Origin: an uncultured Verrucomicrobiota bacterium
GTDB taxonomy: Bacteria; Verrucomicrobiota; Verrucomicrobiia; Limisphaerales; CAIMTB01
Direction of reading: 5' to 3'
Assembly (NCBI GenBank): GCA_964476125.1
Contig: CAYZAE010000002.1
Coordinates: 52,395-116,394, forward strand
Length of the DNA stretch: 64,000 nt
This document shows positions 56,865 through 64,000 of this stretch, piece after piece; position 1 is the first letter of the stretch; the number at the start of each line of letters is the position of its first letter. A model generated the notes under the pieces. That model was not told the DNA's origin, did not search any database, and was given only the letters and a program-made list of their open reading frames with translations. Both the position numbers and the translations under genes were made by a program.

Positions 56865-57938
56865 ATGAGTTTGCCCACCGGTTGCAGGCTGCTGGCGATC
56901 GATGATACCGCCGAGAATCTGCAGGTCGTGTCGGCCATCCTGCGGGGTGCCGGGTATGCCGTCAGCGTGGCCCGCTCGGGGGAGCAGGGACTCGACATCG
57001 CGCGCCGTGCCGCGCCCGATCTGATCCTGCTCGATCTCGTGATGCCGGGTTGGGACGGATTCGAAACCGGCGCGCGTATGAAGGCCGAGGTGTCCCTGCG
57101 GGAGATCCCGGTGGTCTTTCTCACCGCCAGCCAGGAGTCGGCCGACGTGGTCAAGGGGTTCGAGTCGGGGGCGGTGGACTACGTCACCAAGCCCTTTAAC
57201 GCCGCGGAACTGCTTTCGCGGGTGCGGACGCATCTCGAACTGCGGGCGGCGCGGGAACGGCTGGGGTCGCTGGCCCGGCAGTTGTCCCGCTACCTCTCCC
57301 CGCAGATCCATGAGGCGATCTTTTCGGGGGAACGCCGGGCCCGCCGGGAAACCCGTCGCCGGCCACTGACCGTGTTCTTCTCGGACATCGTGGGCTTTAC
57401 GGCGCGCACGGAGGCCCTGGGGGATGCGGAACTGGCGTCCTGGCTGAATGATTATCTCGAGGAAATGGCCCAGGTCGCCCAGCGCCATGGTGGCACGCTC
57501 GACAAATTCATCGGGGACGCGGTGATGGTGTTTTTCGGGGATCCGGGAACCGCCGGGGTGGAGGAGGATGCGCGTCGGTGCGTGCGCATGGCCTGGGAGA
57601 TGCTCGAGGCCGCCCGACGGCGCGACACCGAGATTCGCGTGGGACTCTGTTCCGGTGAATGCATTGCCGGGAACTTCGGGAGCGAAGTGCAGATGAACTA
57701 CACCATCATTGGCTCAGTGGTGAACGCCGCGGCCCGGCTGCAGTCGGCGTCCGCCCCCGGCCGCATTCTGATTGCTGAATCGACCCGGCGTCTGCTGGGA
57801 CCCGGGTTCACCTGCGAACCCCAGGGATCGATCCAACTCCGCGGCATTGCCCAGCCCCTGTTGAGCTGGTGGGTGACCGCGATCGACCAGGTCGAATCGG
57901 AAGCCCTGCCACAACCCACGGAGACCCCTGCATGCTGA
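56865..57938 (+). CDS. response regulator receiver + class III adenylate/guanylate cyclase
   Basis: REC domain: LLAIDD...[14 protein letters not shown]...VVFLTA...DYVTKPF. Cyclase domain: [16 protein letters not shown] and [12 protein letters not shown]. Confidence 0.9.
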   Translation: MSLPTGCRLLAIDDTAENLQVVSAILRGAGYAVSVARSGEQGLDIARRAAPDLILLDLVMPGWDGFETGARMKAEVSLREIPVVFLTASQESADVVKGFESGAVDYVTKPFNAAELLSRVRTHLELRAARERLGSLARQLSRYLSPQIHEAIFSGERRARRETRRRPLTVFFSDIVGFTARTEALGDAELASWLNDYLEEMAQVAQRHGGTLDKFIGDAVMVFFGDPGTAGVEEDARRCVRMAWEMLEAARRRDTEIRVGLCSGECIAGNFGSEVQMNYTIIGSVVNAAARLQSASAPGRILIAESTRRLLGPGFTCEPQGSIQLRGIAQPLLSWWVTAIDQVESEALPQPTETPAC

Positions 57939-60900
57939 AGGTCGAATTCTCGCTTGCCCGACGGATCACCCTGCTGCTGGCCGCGCTGGATCTGTTGTTG
58001 CTGGTGGTGGCCGCCGCGTCGTTCCTGCGGTTGCGCGGGGCGGAAGGGCGCTACGCCCGGCTGTTCGAGGCCGACAGCCGGGCGCTGCTTTCCATCCCCC
58101 GGATGAACGTCGCGCTGCACGACGCCGCCCGGATCTCCGCCCAGCGCGCGAACTCCACCATGCCGGACGAGGCCGCGCGGCTGGACCGCGAACTCGCCGC
58201 CGTGCGCACCCGCATGGCCCAGGAGACGGCCGGACTCCGCACCGCCATGCCCGAATACAGCCGGGTCTCGACGGACTTTGACCGGGCGTTCAACGACATG
58301 CTGTCGGCCGCCCAACACATGCGCGACGTCGTCTCCTCGAGGCACTCCGAGGCCGCCCGCATGCAGGCCCGACAACAGTTCCTCGCGCGCTTCGAAAAGC
58401 TGCGCGCCTTTCTCCAGGCTCTCGGCGACCAGATCCGCGACCGCATGATCGAGGAGGCCCGACAGGCGGAGATCGTGGCCGACCGCATCATCCGGCACAC
58501 CCTGCTCATGGCCGTCATCGCACTCGCCGGCGGCCTGGTTCTGGCCCAGGTCTGGGTCTGGCGCTGGGTCGCCCTCCCGTTGCGCGCCCTCGTCACCACC
58601 GTCCGCCGGCTCGTCGCCGGCGACCTGAACACCGACATCCCGGGCGGCGGGCGCTCCGATGAAATCGGGCTGCTGGCCTCCGCGCTCGGCGTGTTTCGAC
58701 AAAGCCTGGAACGGAAGCGGGAACTGGAGGAGGCGGGCCGCGACCAGGTGGCGCGTCTCGAACAAAGCGAATCGGAACTGCGCAAAAGCCAGCACCTGCT
58801 CCAAAGCGTCACCGACAACGCCGAGGCCTTCATCTTCGTCAAGGACCTCCAAGGCCGTTACCTGTTCGTCAACCGGCTGTATCTCAGCCTGCTCAAACGG
58901 TCGGCCGCAGACATCCTCGGTCGGACGGTGCATGACATCTTCCCTCCCGAGGCCGCCGCCGGCTTCGCCCAGGGCGAGAGCGAGGTGCTCACCACGGGCG
59001 TTCCCCAGGTCGGGCAGGCGACCATGTTCTCCCACGACGGCGTGCCCCGCTACTTTCTCGCCCACAAGTTCCCGCTCTTCGACGAACAGGGACGCATGTT
59101 CGCCATCGGCGGCGTCTCGACCGACGTCACCCAGATCAAGAAAACCGAGGAGGAACTGGCCCGCGCCCGCGACGCGGCCGAATCGGCGAACCGCGCCAAG
59201 AGCGCCTTCGTGGCCACCATGAGCCACGAAATCCGCACGCCGATGAACTCCATCATCAACCTCACCGGGCTCGCCCTCGACGGCGAACTCGAACCGCGCC
59301 AGCGCCAGTTCGTCGATGTCGCCCACTCCTCCGCCCGCGGCCTGCTCGCCCTGCTCAACGACATCCTGGACTTCTCCAAGATCGAAGCCGGCCGGCTCGA
59401 ACTGGAATCCGCCCCCTTCGGTCTCCGGCATCTGCTGGAGGAGGTCGGCGATTCGTTCCGCGGCCGGGTCATGGAGAACCGCCTCGAATTTGCCATCCTC
59501 GTCGATGACGACGTTCCCGACCGGCTCGTGGGCGACACGCTCCGGCTGCGCCAGGTGCTCACCAACCTGCTGGGCAATGCCTTCAAATTCACGGAACGCG
59601 GCGAGATCGCCGTCCGGGTCTCCCTCGACCACGAGGCCGCAGTCGAACCCCTCGGCGAACCGGACGCGGAATCCCCCGCCGACTTCGCTCGCGCGGATGG
59701 ATCCCTCCATTTTTCGACCGGCGTGGCGCCCATCCAGGTGCGATTCTCCGTCACCGACACCGGCATCGGCATCGCCCCCGAGAAACAACGGTTCCTCTTC
59801 GAAGCCTTCAGCCAGGCCGACACCTCGACCTCCCGCAAATACGGGGGCACGGGACTCGGTCTCGCGATCTCCAAACGGCTCGTGACCCTCATGGGCGGCG
59901 GCATCCAGGTACGTTCCGAACCGGGCAAGGGCAGCGAATTCACGTTCACCGCCCGCTTCGACGCCTGCCACGGCCAGGAATGCGCCGGACTCGAACGCCA
60001 GGGACTGCCCCGCGACCTGGAACATACCCGGGCCCTCGTGGCCGCCGGCAATGAACTGACCCGCGAACTGCTCGTCCGCACGCTCCGCCGCTTCGGCCTG
60101 CGCACCGAAGGCGTCGACTCCGGCGACGTCGGACTGCGCCGTTTCCGCGAGGCTCTCGAATCCGGAGACGGCTTCGGCCTGGTGGTCGTCGACTGGATGC
60201 TGCCCGCCGAGGGCGGCATGGAATGGGTCCGCCGGGTGAACGGAATCTCCGGCGCCGACCCTGTCCCACTGGTAATGGTCAGCTCCTTCACCGGTGAAGG
60301 GGAGGAAAGGATCGCCCGGGACGCCGGCGTCCGGGCCTTCGTCCCCAAACCCATCAGCGGCTCGATGCTGCTCGACGCCGTGATCGAGGCCACCCAGCTC
60401 CGACCGGAACTCCGCGTCGCCGCCGCCACCAAACCGGAGACCGCCACCACCCTGGCCGGCCGGCGCCTGCTCGTGGCCGAGGACAACGACGCCAACCAGT
60501 TCGTCATCCGCGAGGTTCTCGAACGCGCCGGCGCCTCGGTCACCATCGCCCCCGACGGCAGTGAAGCGCTGCTGGCGCTCCGGAAGGAGAAGTTCGATCT
60601 CGTGCTCATGGACATGCAAATGCCCGGGCTGGACGGCCTCGAAGCCACCCGCCGCATCCGAGCCGGCGAGATTCCCGGAGAGCCACGCCTCCCCATCGTC
60701 GCCCTCACCGCCAATGCCATGAAGTCGGACATGGAAGCCTGCTTCGCCGCGGGCATGGATGACTACGTGCCCAAGCCGATCGAGCGCACGGCGCTGTTCG
60801 CCACGCTGGCTCGATGGCTCCCGCCCCTCCCCCCCGTCTCTCTCCCCGGCCCGGAATCCTCCCTCTCCATCACCCCGCCGGTTCCTGCCACCGAATCCAC

Positions 60901-62506
60901 AGCCGAACCCAAGGTTGGGGTAGAACCGGAGGCGGCGCTCCAGCCCGAGGCCGAATCGAAGTCCGATGCCGGGGACAGGCCCGAAACCAAGGCTGGATCC
61001 GGGACCGAACCGGAGCGCGAGTCTGACCCCGAACCCGAATCCTCGTCCGAGACGGTCACCCCGGCCTTGGCAGTCGCCCCGATTCCCTATTTCGCTCCCT
61101 CCGAATCGGACGACGACACCGCTGGGCCGGTCCTCCATTCGGCGCTCCCAGCCGAGCCTCCGAAGTCCGTGGGAACCGAAATCACAACCCCGCCGGTCGC
61201 GGCCTCGACGCATCACGAGCCGGTGATCGCCAACGAATCCGTCGCAACCGCCGGGAACGGCGTTTCACCGGTGTCCGCCGCGGAGGCGATGTCGGAGCCC
61301 GAACCGGAACCCCAACCGGAGCCGGAGCCGGAGCCCGAGTTGGAGCCCGAACCCGAACTGGGGTTGGTCCTGGAGCAGGAACCTGATGCGCAAACCGAAC
61401 CGGAATCCGGATTTGAGCCGGAACGGGAGCGGGAGCCGGAGCCTGAGTTGGAGCCCGAACCCGAGCTGGGGTTGGTCCTGGGACAGGAACCTGACGCGCG
61501 AACCGAACCGGAACCCGCGACGGTTCCCTCCGAACCCCACCAGGAAACCATCGCCGCCTCGGCGCCAGTTTCGGGGGTGCCGCCGGCTTCGGTCGCCGCA
61601 GAGGACCCACCCGTCCCGGTTCCGGCTGACGCGGAATCCGCGCCTGTTCCCGGCGAGGTTCCAACCTCCCCGGAAGCCGTTGCCCCCGAACCCACCACTC
61701 CTGCCTCCGAGACTGCGGTTCCGGAGCCATCGGTGGCTGCCCGTAAACCGGAATCCCGCCGGATCGGCGGACGTCCCAAGGTCGCGAGACGGCGTCGGTC
61801 GCCCTCCGAGAACCAGATGGATCTGACGGGCGTTCCCCTCGAGCGCGTCACACCTGACGAGGAGATGCGTCGGTTGGTGGCCGGAGGGCGATTGCCCGGG
61901 GTGGACGTCGAGGACGCCATGCAGCGTCTTGGACTCGAGCGGGAGTCGATCCTGCGCATGCTGCGCCAGTTCGCCACGGGACAGAGCCGGATCGTGCGGG
62001 AATTGCGCGCGGCCATCGAGGCCGGGGACCGCGAGGAGGGCCGGCGATTGGCGCATTCCCTCGCCGGTGCCGCCGGGAATCTTTCCGCCCACGCCCTGCG
62101 TCGCCACGCCAAGACCATCGAACTGGCCATCAAATTCAACCAGGAGAACCTCGAAGGCATGCTGATCGAGGTCGAGGAGGAGGCCTCCCGGGTGTTCGCC
62201 GGAATCCGGCTGCTCGATGAGGTTCCCTCGGAACCAGCCCCCGAACAGGTCGTGGTGACCACCGGGGACGGCTCCTCACGCAAGCTTCGCGACGCTTTGC
62301 AGAGCCTCGCGGGAAATCTGGAACTCGGCGACCTCGACGCCATCCAGCAGGGCATGGAAGCCCTCCAGAAACTCGGGTTGCCCCGCGAACTTGCCCCCGA
62401 CGGGCGCCGACTCGGGGAATTGGTCGCCGGCTTTGATCACGTCCAGGCGTCCGAACTCGCCCGCCGCATGGCCGCGGACCTGCGCTGGAACGATCGGCTC
62501 CGCTGA
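57932..62506 (+). CDS. hybrid sensor histidine kinase (TM-HAMP-PAS-HisKA-HATPase-REC-REC-long disordered linker-HPt)
   Basis: ORF 57869..62506 trimmed to ATG 57932 ([26 protein letters not shown]), overlapping the upstream stop by 7 nt. H-box [12 protein letters not shown] boxes [15 protein letters not shown] and [10 protein letters not shown]. Second [14 protein letters not shown]...[14 protein letters not shown]...KPI. HPt [11 protein letters not shown]. Confidence 0.9.
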   Translation: MLKVEFSLARRITLLLAALDLLLLVVAAASFLRLRGAEGRYARLFEADSRALLSIPRMNVALHDAARISAQRANSTMPDEAARLDRELAAVRTRMAQETAGLRTAMPEYSRVSTDFDRAFNDMLSAAQHMRDVVSSRHSEAARMQARQQFLARFEKLRAFLQALGDQIRDRMIEEARQAEIVADRIIRHTLLMAVIALAGGLVLAQVWVWRWVALPLRALVTTVRRLVAGDLNTDIPGGGRSDEIGLLASALGVFRQSLERKRELEEAGRDQVARLEQSESELRKSQHLLQSVTDNAEAFIFVKDLQGRYLFVNRLYLSLLKRSAADILGRTVHDIFPPEAAAGFAQGESEVLTTGVPQVGQATMFSHDGVPRYFLAHKFPLFDEQGRMFAIGGVSTDVTQIKKTEEELARARDAAESANRAKSAFVATMSHEIRTPMNSIINLTGLALDGELEPRQRQFVDVAHSSARGLLALLNDILDFSKIEAGRLELESAPFGLRHLLEEVGDSFRGRVMENRLEFAILVDDDVPDRLVGDTLRLRQVLTNLLGNAFKFTERGEIAVRVSLDHEAAVEPLGEPDAESPADFARADGSLHFSTGVAPIQVRFSVTDTGIGIAPEKQRFLFEAFSQADTSTSRKYGGTGLGLAISKRLVTLMGGGIQVRSEPGKGSEFTFTARFDACHGQECAGLERQGLPRDLEHTRALVAAGNELTRELLVRTLRRFGLRTEGVDSGDVGLRRFREALESGDGFGLVVVDWMLPAEGGMEWVRRVNGISGADPVPLVMVSSFTGEGEERIARDAGVRAFVPKPISGSMLLDAVIEATQLRPELRVAAATKPETATTLAGRRLLVAEDNDANQFVIREVLERAGASVTIAPDGSEALLALRKEKFDLVLMDMQMPGLDGLEATRRIRAGEIPGEPRLPIVALTANAMKSDMEACFAAGMDDYVPKPIERTALFATLARWLPPLPPVSLPGPESSLSITPPVPATESTAEPKVGVEPEAALQPEAESKSDAGDRPETKAGSGTEPERESDPEPESSSETVTPALAVAPIPYFAPSESDDDTAGPVLHSALPAEPPKSVGTEITTPPVAASTHHEPVIANESVATAGNGVSPVSAAEAMSEPEPEPQPEPEPEPELEPEPELGLVLEQEPDAQTEPESGFEPEREREPEPELEPEPELGLVLGQEPDARTEPEPATVPSEPHQETIAASAPVSGVPPASVAAEDPPVPVPADAESAPVPGEVPTSPEAVAPEPTTPASETAVPEPSVAARKPESRRIGGRPKVARRRRSPSENQMDLTGVPLERVTPDEEMRRLVAGGRLPGVDVEDAMQRLGLERESILRMLRQFATGQSRIVRELRAAIEAGDREEGRRLAHSLAGAAGNLSAHALRRHAKTIELAIKFNQENLEGMLIEVEEEASRVFAGIRLLDEVPSEPAPEQVVVTTGDGSSRKLRDALQSLAGNLELGDLDAIQQGMEALQKLGLPRELAPDGRRLGELVAGFDHVQASELARRMAADLRWNDRLR
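61331..61513 (+). repeat. in-frame 108-bp (36-aa) tandem duplication inside the Pro/Glu-rich linker of the kinase
   Basis: Copy 1 starts at 61331 (gagcccgagttggagcccgaacccgaactggggttggtcctggagcaggaacctgatgcgcaaaccgaaccggaa). Copy 2 starts at 61439 (gagcctgagttggagcccgaacccgagctggggttggtcctgggacaggaacctgacgcgcgaaccgaaccggaa). There are only a few substitutions. Protein: [25 protein letters not shown] / [25 protein letters not shown]. Confidence 0.9.
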
Positions 62507-62510
62507 TAAT

Positions 62511-63371
62511 TCAATCCAACGCCCGAACGATGTAGCCGCCCGACCGCTCGTCCGCATCGAGCTTGAGCAACCCGCGGACCTGCGCCTCGTGGAGGAGGTC
62601 GTTGAAACTGCGGAAACCGAACGCGCGTTCGTTGAAGCCCGGATTCCGACGCTTCAGGGCCTGCTTGATCATCGAACCCCAGATCGCCTCGTCGGCGTCC
62701 CGTTCGTCGGTGAGATCATCGAGGGTCTCCGCCACCATGGCCAAGGCCTTCTCCGGCGCCAGCAACTCCGGCCGTCGTTCGTCGCTCCGACCCGCAGGAC
62801 CTCCAGGGCCCCCCGGGCCCGCCGGGCCACCTCCCGGCCGTGCCCCCGCCGGCCCGGAAGCGGGCCGGGATCGGACCCCGCCCTTCGAAGGCGCCGGGCG
62901 GACGAGATCGTCGTAGTACAGAAATTCGTCGCAGTTGTTGATGAACAGGTCCGAGGTGGAGTTCTTCACTCCGACGCCCACCACCGTCTTCGCGTTCTCC
63001 CGCAGCTTGCTGACCAGCGGCGAGAAGTCGGAGTCGCCGCTGAGAATGGCAAAGGTGTCGACGTGACCCTTCGTGTAGCAGAGGTCCAGGGCGTCCACGA
63101 CCATGCGGATGTCGGCGGAGTTCTTGCCCGACTGCCGGACATGGGGAATTTCGATGAGCTCGAACGCCGCCTCGTGCAGGTCGCGTTTGAATTCCTTGTA
63201 GCGATCGAAGTCGCAGTAGGCCTTTTTGACCACGATATGGCCCTTGAGCAGCAGGCGTTCGAGCACCTTCTGAATGTCGAACCGCGGAAAGTGGGCGTCG
63301 CGGGCGCCCAGGGCGATGTTCTCAAGGTCGAGGAACAAAGCCATCGTGGCATCAGGATTCTGCGTGCTCAT
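62511..63371 (-). CDS. NYN (LabA/PIN-like) domain protein with a C-terminal OST-HTH/LOTUS domain
   Basis: ORF 62511..63767 trimmed to ATG 63371. ALFLDLENI...YCDFDRY...GKNSADIRMVVDALD...TFAILSGDSDFSPLV is the NYN core. A Gly/Pro linker follows, then a C-terminal WGSMIKQALKRRNPGFNERAFGFRSFNDLL, which is LOTUS-like. Confidence 0.8.
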   Translation of the reverse strand: MSTQNPDATMALFLDLENIALGARDAHFPRFDIQKVLERLLLKGHIVVKKAYCDFDRYKEFKRDLHEAAFELIEIPHVRQSGKNSADIRMVVDALDLCYTKGHVDTFAILSGDSDFSPLVSKLRENAKTVVGVGVKNSTSDLFINNCDEFLYYDDLVRPAPSKGGVRSRPASGPAGARPGGGPAGPGGPGGPAGRSDERRPELLAPEKALAMVAETLDDLTDERDADEAIWGSMIKQALKRRNPGFNERAFGFRSFNDLLHEAQVRGLLKLDADERSGGYIVRALD

Positions 63372-63512
63372 CGCTCGCGCCGCTATACACGGGGATGCCG
63401 CCGAGACCCAGCACGGAGATTCGGCTCCGCCCAAGGGCGGACTTCCCAAGTCCCGCCCGACCGCTACGCTTCGCACCGCAATCCGCGTTCCCCCCCCCTC
63501 CCGAAAAGCCGT

Positions 63513-64000
63513 ATGCACCCCACCGCTTCCGATCCCTCCCCAGGCGCGCATTTCCTCCGCAACCGGCCCACGCCAACGACGCTGGCCGCCGGTCTCGCCC
63601 TGCTCGGGTTGGCGCAGGCGGTCGTTCCCCGGGCGGATGCGGCCGAGGATCCGTTCGCCGCGAACGTCCGCCCCACCGAACCTCTCACCGCCGAACAACA
63701 GGTCCGCACGCTGAAGGTTCCCGCGGGTTTCGAGGTCCAGTTGGTGGCCGCCGAACCCGACATCCACAAGCCGATGAACCTCGCGTTCGACGCCGCGGGC
63801 CGGCTCTGGGTCACCACCAGCCGCGAATACCCCACGCCCGTCAAAGTCGGCGAAGCCGGCCGGGACAGGGTCCAGATTTTCGAGGATTTCGGCCCCGACG
63901 GCCGGGCCCGCAAGGTCACCACCTTTGCCGACGGACTGAATATTCCGATCGGCGTCTACCCGTTCCGCTCGCCGGCCACGGGCTCCGCCGATCCCGACCG
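63513..64000 (+). CDS. PVC-type putative membrane-bound dehydrogenase domain protein (5' part; runs off the right edge)
   Basis: Own translation: MHPTASDPSPGAHFLRNRPTPTTLAAGLALLGLAQAVVPRADA...TAEQQVRTLKVPAGFEVQLVAAEPDIHKPMNLAFDAAGRLWVTTSREYP...FADGLNIPIGV. It fits the N-terminal pattern of the PVC 'membrane-bound dehydrogenase/heme-binding' family. Confidence 0.65.
   Translation, partial: MHPTASDPSPGAHFLRNRPTPTTLAAGLALLGLAQAVVPRADAAEDPFAANVRPTEPLTAEQQVRTLKVPAGFEVQLVAAEPDIHKPMNLAFDAAGRLWVTTSREYPTPVKVGEAGRDRVQIFEDFGPDGRARKVTTFADGLNIPIGVYPFRSPATGSADPD

Noticed and set aside
57698-61216. 1172-aa minus-strand ORF, the longest of many such ORFs. Others include 5789..7465 +, 7661..9676 +, 13660..15690 +, 28993..31284 +, 24632..26218 -, 39680..40750 -, 41771..43021 - and 46904..48910 -.
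   Set aside because: Each lies antisense to, and fully inside, a gene with clear family motifs. Their translations are low-complexity Arg/Gly/Pro/Ala/Glu strings with no recognisable motif. This is the expected stop-codon-poor shadow-ORF effect of a GC-rich genome.

Overview
This is a 64 kb window of very GC-rich bacterial chromosome. The gene content points to the PVC superphylum, most likely Verrucomicrobiota. Supporting markers are a prepilin-type H-X9-DG protein, a DUF1549/DUF1553 + DUF1501 pair, a PEP-CTERM anchor and a PVC-type membrane-bound dehydrogenase N-terminus. This placement rests on family recognition only; no search was run. I can support about 50 protein-coding genes, tightly packed and mostly housekeeping. 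They include glnB, serS, glgA, ribBA-ribH, guaA, dgoK-dgoA, cobA/hemD, lnt, a type IIA topoisomerase A subunit, and an 11-gene aa3 oxidase biogenesis cluster. I found no rRNA, tRNA, CRISPR array, transposase, integrase or prophage signature. Many long ORFs in the track are antisense shadow ORFs of the kind a GC-rich genome produces, and I rejected them. The best candidate for an undescribed system is a minus-strand operon at 16333->9633. It encodes a DUF2760 protein, two divergent Hsp70-like ATPases and a radical-SAM/SPASM enzyme, with a large SNF2 ATPase co-directional downstream. A striking composite repeat/G-quadruplex/inverted-repeat element at 16385-16533 sits directly upstream of the operon. 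Other points worth a second look: a membrane-anchored GrpE-like protein; an in-frame G-saturated 85-nt patch that overwrites the PP-loop of guaA (probable sequencing artefact); a thioredoxin-like/DUF1549-1553/DUF1501/WD40 operon; a cupredoxin at the head of a cytochrome-c-less cox cluster; and a giant hybrid histidine kinase with a roughly 330-aa Pro/Glu-rich linker carrying a 108-bp tandem duplication. All functional calls come from motif recognition by eye. No BLAST or HMM searches were possible.
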